Shown: positions 27,833 to 37,926 of the stretch, piece by piece
Layout: every line of letters begins with the position of its first letter
Position numbering within the stretch: position 1 is the first letter of the stretch
Source of the DNA: Candidatus Cloacimonadales bacterium
Lineage (GTDB): Bacteria; Cloacimonadota; Cloacimonadia; Cloacimonadales; JAIOQZ01
Reading direction: 5' to 3'
DNA length: 64,000 nucleotides
Assembly (NCBI GenBank): GCA_963665815.1
Contig: OY762463.1
Coordinates: 2,816,001 to 2,880,000 of the forward strand
Notes under the pieces: generated by a model
Databases searched by the model: none
What the model saw: the letters and a program-made list of their open reading frames with translations, nothing else
What the model was told of the DNA's origin: nothing
Made by a program: the position numbers and the translations under genes

Positions 27833-30164
27833 ACTTATCAAGATCCTCCTCTGTTGCCAGTACTTCACGGGATTTACTTCCTACATGCGGACCTACTACA
27901 CCGGCCTGTTCCAGTAGATCAATGAGCCTGCCTGCTCTGGCATAGCCTACTTTGAAATGTCTCTGCAACATGGATACTGACGCAGATCCGGCAGAAACAA
28001 TTGCTCTGGCTGCCTGCGGAAACAACTCATCATCATAATCAAAGTCACCAAGATCTTTCTGTTCTTCCTGTATAATCTCAATCTGATAATCAGGATGAGG
28101 TTGTTGTTTCAGGTATTCCACAACATTTTCAATCTCATCATCTGACATATATGCACCGTGAATACGCTGAGGAGTTGCTTTACCCGGTGGAAGGAACAGC
28201 ATATCACCACGACCCAGCAGGCGTTCAGCACCGTTTTCATCCAGAATAACTCGTGAGTCCACTTTTGATGAAACTTGAAAAGCGATTCTGGCAGGGAAGT
28301 TTGCTTTTATAATACCGGTGATAACCTTACTGGAAGGTCTCTGAGTAGCCAGCAGCAAATGAATACCGATAGCACGTGCCATCTGAGCCAGTCTGGCAAT
28401 AGGCATTTCTATCTCTTTTCCGGCAGTCATGATAAGGTCTGCAAACTCATCCACAACAATTACTATATATGGAAGATGATGATCATCTACAGGGATATAT
28501 TCAGGATCATCTCCATGTTCTTCTTCTTCTGTTTTCTTTATAGCTTTTATCTTTTTGTTATATGTATTTATATCTCTAACTTTGTACTTCTGGAGAAGCT
28601 GATAACGTCGTTCCATTTCAGCAACAGCCCAGTTAAGTGCAATGAGAGCGTCATCCGGGTCGGTTACAACATTCTGAATCAAATGAGGTATTCCTTCATA
28701 ACCAGACAGCTCGATTCTCTTAGGATCGATCATCACAAGACGTACATCTTCCGGTTTGGTTCTCAGCAGAAGGGAGTTGATGATTGTGTTAATACATACA
28801 CTTTTTCCGGCTCCAGTTGCTCCTGCAATTAGAAGGTGAGGCATTTTTGCCAGATTAGCAACAACAGGATTTCCTGATATATCTTTTCCCAGTCCGATTG
28901 ACAGTGTTTTATTATCCTTTTCCATTGCTTTGGAAAGAAGGATGTCTTTCAGGTAAATAATGTCTTTGTCTTTATTTGGAACTTCAATTCCTATTAATCC
29001 TCTACCCGGAATAGGTGCCTGAATTCTTATATTCTTTGCTTTTATTGCCAGAGCCAGATCATCTGCAAGTGATGAGAATCTGCTTACTTTTACACCAGGG
29101 GCCGGTTTTACTTCATACTGAGTAATAATCGGTCCGATGTTTACATTTATTACATGAGCTTCCACTCCAAATTCCATCAGCTTTTCTTTTAGAGTATTAC
29201 TTGTCTGAGCTATTTCATCCTTGAGCTGCTGCCTGTTCATTGTGGTTATGGAGGGCTGGCTTTCCAGGAATGTCTCTATATCGGGAATCTCATATTCTTC
29301 GGAATTACCTTTTTTCATAACGGGTTTAGAAGCAACTTTCCTGACTTTCTTCTCTTCAGTCTGCACCGGTTCTGAATGATCCGTAATAATTGGGTCAATC
29401 TGCTCGGGTAATGCATCATATTCCGGTTCAATTTCTGTTTGATCTTCAATAAGGTAAGTATCAATAATCTCATCATCGGGCTGAATATCTTTTTCTTTCT
29501 TATTCTTCTCAGGTTTCTTCTTCTCTTTTTTATTCGATTCTGAAGCTGAGCGGAATAAAGTCATTAATCCCTGTCCAATAGATGCAAAAACCATTTTGAT
29601 AAAATCTATTACTGCTTTTGCACCGAAAATAACCATTGTCATCAGGAAACTGAGGACACCGGCTATAATGTTTGATCCAATAGTTTTGAATATCTTCAAG
29701 TTGAATGATAGAAACAATCCGGTAATCTTTGCATTATACAAGATATTATATCCATCAACTGTCAAAAGGATATGGTTTACAAAGCACGATAGAAGCAGTG
29801 CTGCCCATATTTTGGGGGCAATACCGGAATCTCTGAAAAACATGTGCACAAGACTCAGAGAAGCGAGACACAATAAAATTGCAATTGCCAGCGGTTTACC
29901 AACGAGAAAAGAAAAAAACGTTGCTGTTACTACTCCGTAAGGTCCTATTGGGTTGATCAGATCCGGAAATCGTAATGTGATTACATCCCAGATTGACACT
30001 CCTGAGTCGCTGAGTAGTTCATAATCTGCTGCAATAGATTCACCTGATGGCATCAATGCCACAAATGAGAGCAGCGAGAACAATAACAGTATAATATTCC
30101 ATACATAATAGGAGAAACCGATTTCTCCTTTCTTTTTCGTTTTACCCTTTTTTCTGGCAGCCAT
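27822..30164 (-). CDS. ftsK: DNA translocase FtsK
   Basis: N-terminal TMs, PHLLIAGATGAGKS, IDPK, DEFADL, ATQRPS, gamma domain SVSMLQR...GYARAGRLID. Confidence 0.97.
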   Translation of the reverse strand: MAARKKGKTKKKGEIGFSYYVWNIILLLFSLLSFVALMPSGESIAADYELLSDSGVSIWDVITLRFPDLINPIGPYGVVTATFFSFLVGKPLAIAILLCLASLSLVHMFFRDSGIAPKIWAALLLSCFVNHILLTVDGYNILYNAKITGLFLSFNLKIFKTIGSNIIAGVLSFLMTMVIFGAKAVIDFIKMVFASIGQGLMTLFRSASESNKKEKKKPEKNKKEKDIQPDDEIIDTYLIEDQTEIEPEYDALPEQIDPIITDHSEPVQTEEKKVRKVASKPVMKKGNSEEYEIPDIETFLESQPSITTMNRQQLKDEIAQTSNTLKEKLMEFGVEAHVINVNIGPIITQYEVKPAPGVKVSRFSSLADDLALAIKAKNIRIQAPIPGRGLIGIEVPNKDKDIIYLKDILLSKAMEKDNKTLSIGLGKDISGNPVVANLAKMPHLLIAGATGAGKSVCINTIINSLLLRTKPEDVRLVMIDPKRIELSGYEGIPHLIQNVVTDPDDALIALNWAVAEMERRYQLLQKYKVRDINTYNKKIKAIKKTEEEEHGDDPEYIPVDDHHLPYIVIVVDEFADLIMTAGKEIEMPIARLAQMARAIGIHLLLATQRPSSKVITGIIKANFPARIAFQVSSKVDSRVILDENGAERLLGRGDMLFLPPGKATPQRIHGAYMSDDEIENVVEYLKQQPHPDYQIEIIQEEQKDLGDFDYDDELFPQAARAIVSAGSASVSMLQRHFKVGYARAGRLIDLLEQAGVVGPHVGSKSREVLATEEDLDKYGW

Positions 30165-30177
30165 ATTTTATACCCGT

Positions 30178-31257
30178 TTATACGTTAAATCTAATGGATA
30201 GAATATCTCCATCCTTCACAATATATTCTTTACCTTCAAGCTGAAATAAACCCTTTTCCTTAAGAACTTTCTCTGAGCCATGCTCTACGAGATTACCATA
30301 ATTGAAACATTCCGCTCTGATGAATCCTCTGGCAAGATCCGAGTGGATTTTTCCGGCTGCTTCCACAGCGTTGTCACCATTAGTGATTGTCCAGGCTCTC
30401 ACCTCATCACTACCGACAGTGAAGAAACTGATGTATCCGAGAAGTGAGTAGGACTCTGCTGTGAGACGGTTTCTGGCAGATTCGGTAATGCCCATATCTT
30501 CCATAAACATTTCAGCATCCTCATCTGAGAGAGAATTAAGGTCCATCTCGAATTTACCGCAGAATTCAATTACTTTGTCAATCTCTGCGAGTTCAGCCAT
30601 CACTTCTGCGTTATCTCCAAAGTTGTTTTCATCGGAGTTAAGAATAAGCAGAATCGGTTTGTCAGTCAGGAACTGAAAACCACGAATAATCTTCTGTTCT
30701 TCATCGGTTAAATCGGCTTTAAGAACAGGAATATTCTCGTTAAGCTTTTCAATAATTCTCTTAAGGATTTTCTCTTCAACCTGAACAGCAGCTGTTTTAA
30801 TTCCTCGTTTATAGCCGAGTTCGATCTTTTCCAGACGTTTTTCCGCAATAATCAAATCAGACAGAATCAGTTCCGAGATCAGATTTTCTGCATCTTTTAC
30901 AGGTGATGGTTCTCCAAGAGTACTACTGATAACTTCATCGTTGAAGTTTCTGAGTACAATCCCCAGAGCATCAGTACGTTTAATCTCAGACATTGCATTA
31001 CCGGAAAAAGCCCCACTGCTGGCAGCGTCTTCACTGAGTCCAACAAAATCAATATACTCAATCTGAGCGAAGATTGTTTTCTTGGGATTATACATGTCTG
31101 TGAGCACGTTTATTCTTTCATCTATAACATCTATAACAGCTATATTAGGTTCTGCTTTCATTGATGGATAAGGGTTTGTTTCTGCCTCTGAGTTTGTTAG
31201 AGCATTAAAAATTGTTGTTTTTCCCGAATTCTGTAATCCAATTAGTCCAAATCTCAT
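30178..31257 (-). CDS. ychF: Ribosome-binding ATPase YchF
   Basis: GLQNSGKTTIFNALT, FFTVGSDEVRAW, AAGKIHSD..RGFIRAE, EGKEYIVKDGD..RFNV. Confidence 0.93.
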   Translation of the reverse strand: MRFGLIGLQNSGKTTIFNALTNSEAETNPYPSMKAEPNIAVIDVIDERINVLTDMYNPKKTIFAQIEYIDFVGLSEDAASSGAFSGNAMSEIKRTDALGIVLRNFNDEVISSTLGEPSPVKDAENLISELILSDLIIAEKRLEKIELGYKRGIKTAAVQVEEKILKRIIEKLNENIPVLKADLTDEEQKIIRGFQFLTDKPILLILNSDENNFGDNAEVMAELAEIDKVIEFCGKFEMDLNSLSDEDAEMFMEDMGITESARNRLTAESYSLLGYISFFTVGSDEVRAWTITNGDNAVEAAGKIHSDLARGFIRAECFNYGNLVEHGSEKVLKEKGLFQLEGKEYIVKDGDILSIRFNV

Positions 31258-31295
31258 ATTATCCTCTTATTACTGCACAGCAGTTGTATTATATC

Positions 31296-32051
31296 TTATT
31301 TCTTTTTTTTAGTTTCCGGTTTGTTTCCTGATCTGAAACTTCTTTTGAGATCCAGAATCTCATTCGGCTTCAGTATGCGCCACATACCAACAGGGAGTTT
31401 ACCCAGTTTCAGGTTACCAACCTGTAGTCTTTTCAGTTCTGTAACACTGAATCCAATATGCTTGATCATTCTCCTGATCTGACGTTTTTTCCCTTCATAC
31501 AGAACAATTCTCAAAACTGATGAGTTTGTACTTTTGCTTTTCAGGAAAACTTTACATTCTTTAGTCATTACGCCATCTATCTTGACACCGTTCCTTAAAG
31601 TTTCAATCTGCTCTTTGTTTATACTACCACTTATTGTAACCTTATATGTTTTAGGCAGTTTATACTTAGGCTGCATTACTTTATTGGAAAAATTTCCGTC
31701 ATTAGTCAGAAGGAGCAGTCCCTCCGATTGTAAATCCAGTCTTCCGATATAAAATAATCTGTTCTTGAACTCAGGAATCAGGTCGTATATGGTTTTTCTG
31801 TCATACTCATCGTTGGATGTAACCAGATAACCCTTTGGTTTATTCAGCATGATATAGATTTTATCTTCAATCAGGTTCAATTCTTTGTTTTCATAAAAAA
31901 CAGTGTCGTTATCAGGATCAATATCAGTAGAAAGGTCTTTGCAGATTTTCCCGTTGACCCTGATTTTGCCTTGTGTAATCAGCTCTTCCACCTGACGTCT
32001 GGAACCCAGATTACATTGCGAGAGAAATTTGTTTATTCTCATGTTTACCAC
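31296..32051 (-). CDS. rluB: RsuA/RluB-family rRNA pseudouridine synthase
   Basis: S4 domain (RINKFLS...SRR), LNKPKGY, GRLDLQSEGLLLLTNDG, EGKKRQIRRM; exact paralogue uncertain. Confidence 0.85.
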   Translation of the reverse strand: MVNMRINKFLSQCNLGSRRQVEELITQGKIRVNGKICKDLSTDIDPDNDTVFYENKELNLIEDKIYIMLNKPKGYLVTSNDEYDRKTIYDLIPEFKNRLFYIGRLDLQSEGLLLLTNDGNFSNKVMQPKYKLPKTYKVTISGSINKEQIETLRNGVKIDGVMTKECKVFLKSKSTNSSVLRIVLYEGKKRQIRRMIKHIGFSVTELKRLQVGNLKLGKLPVGMWRILKPNEILDLKRSFRSGNKPETKKKK

Positions 32052-32557
32052 TTTTCAAAAGTATTCTTCATTATCTCATTATATAGTTCGTTGAATATTG
32101 CCGTTTGTGCTTCTTCTTCGGATGTCATGATTGTTCCTGAATCTTCTTCTGAAACCTGATTTGCATAATTTCTGGAAATCAATACAGATTTTCCATCCCA
32201 GATAACCTTATCCTGAACATTATCGATAACTTTAAGGCTGAATAAAATCGTAACTTTGTATTCTTCCACATTATCACTTTCCGTAAAGGTAAGTACTTCT
32301 CTTTTGTAGTCAAGAACTGTGCCTTGTATAGAAACATCCGGACTAACAGACACCAGTTCAAGTTGATTATTTTTTTCAAAATCCTCTACCAGAATATCTG
32401 TGAGGTTTTCCTCAATACCAAACTCTTTAGAATCATTACTGAAATCCTCAACTTTGACAGTTTTAAGGTGCGGAAAAGCATTCATATAAACGGAATATGT
32501 GCAGCCACCTAAGATAAACAGCAATAATGAAATATATATATAAGCATTTTTTCTCAT
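32045..32557 (-). CDS. LptE-like lipoprotein
   Basis: Lipobox LGGC followed by YS; size and W-containing C-terminus typical of Bacteroidota-type LptE; start 32557 or 32566. Confidence 0.7.
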   Translation of the reverse strand: MRKNAYIYISLLLFILGGCTYSVYMNAFPHLKTVKVEDFSNDSKEFGIEENLTDILVEDFEKNNQLELVSVSPDVSIQGTVLDYKREVLTFTESDNVEEYKVTILFSLKVIDNVQDKVIWDGKSVLISRNYANQVSEEDSGTIMTSEEEAQTAIFNELYNEIMKNTFEKW

Positions 32558-32741
32558 GAAAAACATAAAAAATATAAATTTTCTGCTGTCAAGTAAAACT
32601 CATAGAATGAGTCACCATTTCAGTATTTACATTGTCTGAAGAAAACAGAATTGATGCTGAATGCTGTAGAGTTTAATGGAAAGAGTTTTTGGCAGACATA
32701 CCAAAGAAAATGTCCCGGTCTTTAGAAATTTATATGGAAAA

Positions 32742-32766
32742 TAAGCTGCCGGTTGCCCGACAGCTA
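32742..32766 (-). terminator. Terminator downstream of the AraC gene
   Basis: On - strand AGCTGTCGG-GCAA-CCGGCAGCT followed by TATTTT. Confidence 0.6.
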
Positions 32767-32774
32767 TATCTTAC

Positions 32775-32932
32775 GAGAGCTTTACATGATAATAAAAAAC
32801 GAGCAACTTTGATGAAAGAAATTCGATGAGATTTCTGAATTCATCAAGAATGTCTTTCTGTGAAGTTCATTTTAAGCTGGAATCTGGTGAATTCTAAAGT
32901 CGAGTCAACTACTCCAGTTATGTAAAGTTCTC
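32775..32932. mobile_element. MITE-like element, copy 1 (158 bp)
   Basis: Terminal inverted repeats GAGAGCTTTACATGA / TTATGTAAAGTTCTC; internal sequence shared with copy at 50055-50149. Confidence 0.6.
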
Positions 32933-32936
32933 ATTA

Positions 32937-33791
32937 CTATTTTACAGGTATGTAAATATACATTACAGAATCAGCTTCGCCGAACTTGAACTCATCATTG
33001 TATAGTTCAAATTCATCCGCTTCAGCCATTTCAAAACCTGACTGAGGCAACCATTCAGCGTGAATCTTATGATATGTTTCTCCAAGTGTATCAAGTGCAC
33101 CAATATGTTTGAATACTGCATACTTCTGCTGAGGTAAAGTGTATGCTTCCATTTCAGGATGAATCTCTTCTGCATCACTTACTTTTCTGCACGCCATGTA
33201 CTCAAATTCTGTCTCATCTGTGAAGTTCACATTGGAGACATAAAAACATACACCAAGACATCCAAAGCTCATATCTCGGTTTTTTATTGAGTTTGCTAAC
33301 GGATTAAACTTATTCCATAATTCAGGTATTTTATTTTCTTTTTGTGTTGTTCTACATTTCATTCCTACAACTTTGAATGAGTCTAATGTTTTAATTTCAG
33401 GTTTCACACTTTCTCCTTTTGTTTCTGCAATTGTTAAACGCAATCTATTGAATTTTGCGTAAGTTTTTTTTTCTCTTCGAAGTTTTCCCGGGGTAACATT
33501 GAATTCTTTTTTAAATGCTCTTGTAAAAGACTCCTGAGAATCAAACTGATATTTGCGCGCGATATCAATTATTTTCTTGTTTGTAAAAGTCAGCTCATTT
33601 GCTGCCTCAGTCAATCTTCTTTTACGTATGTATTGTTTTACATTCAGTCCGATAATAGACTGAAAGATTCTATGATAATGAAACAGAGAATAGCAGGATC
33701 TGTCGGATATATCCTCAACAGACATCCTGTCAGTCAGCTTCTTCTCAATATAATGCAGAGATTTGTTTATTATTCTTCTATAATCAAGCAT
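32937..33791 (-). CDS. AraC-family regulator with C-terminal GyrI-like effector domain
   Basis: YSLFHYHRIF, YIRKRRLTEAA, FDSQESFTRAFKK..TPG; YAVFKHIG...EWLPQSG...FELY...IYIPV. Confidence 0.93.
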   Translation of the reverse strand: MLDYRRIINKSLHYIEKKLTDRMSVEDISDRSCYSLFHYHRIFQSIIGLNVKQYIRKRRLTEAANELTFTNKKIIDIARKYQFDSQESFTRAFKKEFNVTPGKLRREKKTYAKFNRLRLTIAETKGESVKPEIKTLDSFKVVGMKCRTTQKENKIPELWNKFNPLANSIKNRDMSFGCLGVCFYVSNVNFTDETEFEYMACRKVSDAEEIHPEMEAYTLPQQKYAVFKHIGALDTLGETYHKIHAEWLPQSGFEMAEADEFELYNDEFKFGEADSVMYIYIPVK

Positions 33792-33989
33792 TCCAACTCA
33801 TTTTTGTTTTTTTGACTTTTTTTGCTGTATATCACAGCTATAGAGAATGTCAATAAAAATGTAGTTTCCTGGCATGCTTAAATTTTTTGAGTTGACGGAA
33901 TTTGCCCTGAATTTTTTCCAAATCCCGAAAAGATTTTTTCTATCAAAAAAAAGCATCAAGCAAAATCATGATGTTGAAGATGAGGAATA

Positions 33990-35657
33990 ATGAAAAGAGG
34001 TATGGTTCCAAGGTTATTTGAAGTATTCTCAAAGGGATACAGCAAAAAAGATTTGTTGTCTGACTGCTCAGCAGGTGTAATAGTAGGGATAATTGCCCTT
34101 CCCCTTTCAATCGCATTTGCAATAGCTTCCGGTGTAGGACCGGAACAGGGATTGATTACTGCTGTAATTGCCGGATTCATAATTTCATTTCTCGGAGGCA
34201 GTAAAGTTCAAATTGGTGGTCCCACTGGTGCATTTGTTATTATAATCTATGGGATAATCGAAAAATATGGTTTTGATGGGCTCGCTGTTGCCGGTATGCT
34301 CTCCGGAATCCTGCTTGTATTCTTCGGTCTGCTGAAATTCGGTAATGTTATCAAATTTATATCTTATCCTGTTGTTGTTGGCTTCACAACGGGGATTGCA
34401 GTGATTATCTTTACAACCCAGATAAAAGACTTTCTGGGACTTTCAATAGATGATTTACCAGCTGAATTCATTGATAAAATTTCAGTGCTTGCAAGTAACA
34501 TACATTCAATAAACTGGTATTCGCTTTGTCTCGGTATTATAACAATTGTAATTTCAGTAATCTGGTCCAGGTACTTTAAGAAAATCCCCGGATCAATAAT
34601 GGCAATATTCGTAACTACTATTGCAGCTGTAGCCTTTAATCTTCCCGTTGATACTATTGGCAGTCGTTTCGGTAGTGTTCCAAACTCATTTCCTGTTCCG
34701 CACTTTCCACACTTTAATTTTATGCTTGTTAAGCAGATGTTTTTTCCGGCTCTGACAATTGCACTTCTGGCTGGGATAGAATCGCTTCTTTCTGCAGTTG
34801 TGGCAGATGGTATGACAGGAGATAAACATAACTCCAATATGGAACTTGTCGCTCAGGGGGCTGCAAATTTCATATGCCCGATGTTCGGAGGAATTCCGGC
34901 TACAGGAGCTATTGCCAGGACTGCTGCAAACATAAAGAATGGTGGAAAAACTCCAATTTCCGGGATTGTTCATGCTTTATCTGTTCTTTTGATAATGGTT
35001 ATCTTCGGGAAATATGCAGCACTGATCCCGATGTCTACTCTTGCAGGTATTCTTATTATTGTATCATATAATATGAGCGAATATAAACACTTCTTCAAAC
35101 TATTTTCCAGTCCTAAAAGTGATATTCTGGTTTTGCTTACAACATTTCTACTTACAATATTTGCTGATCTCACAATTGCCATCCAGTTCGGAGTTGTAAT
35201 GTCTGCTTTTCTTTTTATGAAGCGTATGGCGGATGTTACAGATTCGAATTTTCTTGGAAGAGATTATTATCATGAAGATGAAGAGTTAATACTAAGCGGA
35301 ATCAGATCTGAAGAGATTCCGAAAGAGATGGAGATATTCGAAGTGAATGGTCCGTTTTTCTTTGGAACTGCTACACTTTTTAAGGATGTACTCCATCAGG
35401 TGAAAGTTAATCCTAAGGTTTTGATACTGAGAATGAGAAAGGTGCCGGCGATAGATGCAACCGGCTTGTCGGCTCTGGAATGGATTATAGATGCCGCCCG
35501 GAAAGAGGGATCACTTCTGATCATATCAGGGATGAATGATCAACCTCATAGTGCTGTTCAGAAAGCAGGTCTCATCGTGAAAATTAAAGAAGAGAACATT
35601 GTAAAAAACATTAATGAAGCAATCAGAAAGGGTAATGAATACTTAAAGAAGCTTTAA
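33990..35657 (+). CDS. SulP-family anion transporter with STAS domain
   Basis: AGVIVGIIALPLSIAFAIASG, QIGGPTGAF, IESLLSAVVAD, GAIART, GPFFFG, IDATG. Confidence 0.95.
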   Translation: MKRGMVPRLFEVFSKGYSKKDLLSDCSAGVIVGIIALPLSIAFAIASGVGPEQGLITAVIAGFIISFLGGSKVQIGGPTGAFVIIIYGIIEKYGFDGLAVAGMLSGILLVFFGLLKFGNVIKFISYPVVVGFTTGIAVIIFTTQIKDFLGLSIDDLPAEFIDKISVLASNIHSINWYSLCLGIITIVISVIWSRYFKKIPGSIMAIFVTTIAAVAFNLPVDTIGSRFGSVPNSFPVPHFPHFNFMLVKQMFFPALTIALLAGIESLLSAVVADGMTGDKHNSNMELVAQGAANFICPMFGGIPATGAIARTAANIKNGGKTPISGIVHALSVLLIMVIFGKYAALIPMSTLAGILIIVSYNMSEYKHFFKLFSSPKSDILVLLTTFLLTIFADLTIAIQFGVVMSAFLFMKRMADVTDSNFLGRDYYHEDEELILSGIRSEEIPKEMEIFEVNGPFFFGTATLFKDVLHQVKVNPKVLILRMRKVPAIDATGLSALEWIIDAARKEGSLLIISGMNDQPHSAVQKAGLIVKIKEENIVKNINEAIRKGNEYLKKL

Positions 35658-35743
35658 TCCTTAGTGCAATTCGCTGATAGTATAGTCAAATCCGTTTTTG
35701 CAAAATCTTGACATATTTTACGGATCAAATCAAATTGCTGAAT

Positions 35744-36850
35744 ATGAGAAAATTATGTTCTGTTTTGTTGATTATGCTGTTATTTCTGCCACAGGTATTT
35801 GCAGATGATGTGAATACCAAAGAGAAAGAACTGTCCGAAATCCGTAAGAAACTTGAAGAAAACAGACGTAATCTGGAAAAAAACAAGAAAACTAAATCTA
35901 CTAAGGAACAGAACGTAAAAGATTATAAGAGTAAGCTTTCCAAAAATCTCAGACTTCTTAAGAATATCCAGAAGGAACATAATAAAATCGGTTCGAAACT
36001 CAGAACAACAAAGCAAAGAATTTATAATACTGATCAGAAAATGAGTCAGCAGCAAAATCTCTACAGGCAGGAGTTCACAAAACTTTTTTATATTGATCAG
36101 CGTAAAAAGATAGATAACAAGCGGAATGTAGATAACTATCTTATTCTGCATCTTATGAAGCAGACTCATAGTGAAATCCTGGGAACGGAAAAAGAAAAAA
36201 ACTCACTTGCTGCTATGAAGAAAGAGCAGGAAAGACTGGTCAGCAGGACTGAGAAAAAAGCTAAGGAAACTCAAAACAGACAGTATAGATACGAGAAGAA
36301 AATCGGCAGTCTGAAACGGGAACTAACTAAACTGGAGAAAGATGAAGTTAAATACAGACAACTGATTGATCAGCTTGAAGCTAATGCCCGTGAACTGGAA
36401 TCTTTAATCGCTAAATTGAAACTGGACGAAATGGACAGTGATTATTCATTCAAGTTTTCATCAGCTCGATTGAAGTGGCCTTTTAAAGGGAAAATAATTC
36501 GCGGTTATGGTATGTATTCGGATCCGCGGTATAAGACCAAATTCAAAAGTAACGGTATAGACATTAAGGCTGATGTAGGAGAAAATGTGCAATCTGTTGA
36601 TGCCGGAGTTGTCGTATTTGCTGAGTGGTTCGGAAGTTCAGGGAAAGTTGTAATCATAGATCATAAGAACGGATTCCATACACTGTATTCACATAACAGT
36701 AAACTACTCGTCTCTAAAGGGGATGAAGTACAGAAGAATCAGAGAATTGCTTTAACAGGTGATACAGGAAATGTCGACCAGCCTTCCCTTCATTTTGAAA
36801 TAAGAAAAAGCGGTAAACCGATAGATCCAATGCTTTATCTGGAGAAATAA
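35744..36850 (+). CDS. envC: Murein hydrolase activator EnvC-like / M23 peptidase
   Basis: Signal peptide, long coiled coil, LKWP..G, NGIDI, YSHNS, LHFEIR..GKPIDP; start 35744. Confidence 0.8.
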   Translation: MRKLCSVLLIMLLFLPQVFADDVNTKEKELSEIRKKLEENRRNLEKNKKTKSTKEQNVKDYKSKLSKNLRLLKNIQKEHNKIGSKLRTTKQRIYNTDQKMSQQQNLYRQEFTKLFYIDQRKKIDNKRNVDNYLILHLMKQTHSEILGTEKEKNSLAAMKKEQERLVSRTEKKAKETQNRQYRYEKKIGSLKRELTKLEKDEVKYRQLIDQLEANARELESLIAKLKLDEMDSDYSFKFSSARLKWPFKGKIIRGYGMYSDPRYKTKFKSNGIDIKADVGENVQSVDAGVVVFAEWFGSSGKVVIIDHKNGFHTLYSHNSKLLVSKGDEVQKNQRIALTGDTGNVDQPSLHFEIRKSGKPIDPMLYLEK

Positions 36851-37926
36851 TGAAAATAACTAAATCAGATATTAAACACTTTGAGAAAATGAAGAAAATC
36901 CTTCTGGAAAAGAATGATTCAATTTTTATACATCATACCGGTCACGTTCCGGGTTACGGATGTTCAGCTTTCAACGAGAAATCAATAGATAGAATTAACA
37001 TGCTCAAGCTGAGAGATAATGCCAAGGGTTACATTGCTCTTATACCAAATATAAACTGGTTTGAAGAGAACAAAGTTTCTGTTCCGTCAGGTCTGAAGCG
37101 ATTAATGGAGCAATACTGGCCCGGGAACCTGACCATTGTTCTACCAACAGAAATTGAAGCTCTACAGAAAATTGGAATCAACGGGAAAACAGCATTCAGA
37201 GTTCCTACGGGCGTACTTCTCAGAGATTTTCTCAGATATATAGATGTGCCGATAATCAGTACCAGTATAAACAAAAGCAACAGACCTCCGGAAGCAGATA
37301 TTCACGAAGTAATGAAAAACTACTCTAAAAAAGTTGATTTTACATATTTCGATAAGAACGAATATACTGAAGGACCGGAAGCCTCAACCATCATTGGTAT
37401 TGAAGATGGTAAACTGCACTGTTACAGAGAAGAATCTATTCCATATTATGAGATAGAAAAATCGTTCACGGCTCCAAAAGTTCTGTTTGTCTGCACAGGA
37501 AATATCTGCCGTTCACCTATGGCGGAGTATCTTCTTAAAGATATGGCAGAAAAGAATAATATACCGATAACCGTAAAATCAGCCGGGTTCCTGCAGGATG
37601 GTAATCATATATCATTAAACTCTTCTATTTGCCTCAGAGATTATGGCATAGATGCCTCCGGGCATTATTCTACCTCCTTGAACAGAGAGGTAACCAGAAG
37701 CAGCTGGAGAATTATCACCATGACTGCAGGGCATAAGGAAAAACTGTTAGCAGTTGAGCCAAATCTGGCAGGTAAAACATTTACCCTGTCTGAGTTTGCA
37801 GGAGAAGAAGGAGATATTGTTGATCCTTACGGAAAAGACCTGGATGCTTATAAAGAAACTTTTGAGATCATCAGATTCAGAATAGAAAAGATTTTCACAA
37901 AATTGCAAGTTATATATGGTAGTTGA
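36850..37926 (+). CDS. Fusion of Sua5/TsaC-like domain and low-molecular-weight protein phosphatase
   Basis: YWPGNLTIVL, AFRVP, STSIN (TsaC/YrdC); VCTGNICRSPMAE and IVDPYG (LMW-PTP). Confidence 0.88.
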   Translation: MKITKSDIKHFEKMKKILLEKNDSIFIHHTGHVPGYGCSAFNEKSIDRINMLKLRDNAKGYIALIPNINWFEENKVSVPSGLKRLMEQYWPGNLTIVLPTEIEALQKIGINGKTAFRVPTGVLLRDFLRYIDVPIISTSINKSNRPPEADIHEVMKNYSKKVDFTYFDKNEYTEGPEASTIIGIEDGKLHCYREESIPYYEIEKSFTAPKVLFVCTGNICRSPMAEYLLKDMAEKNNIPITVKSAGFLQDGNHISLNSSICLRDYGIDASGHYSTSLNREVTRSSWRIITMTAGHKEKLLAVEPNLAGKTFTLSEFAGEEGDIVDPYGKDLDAYKETFEIIRFRIEKIFTKLQVIYGS

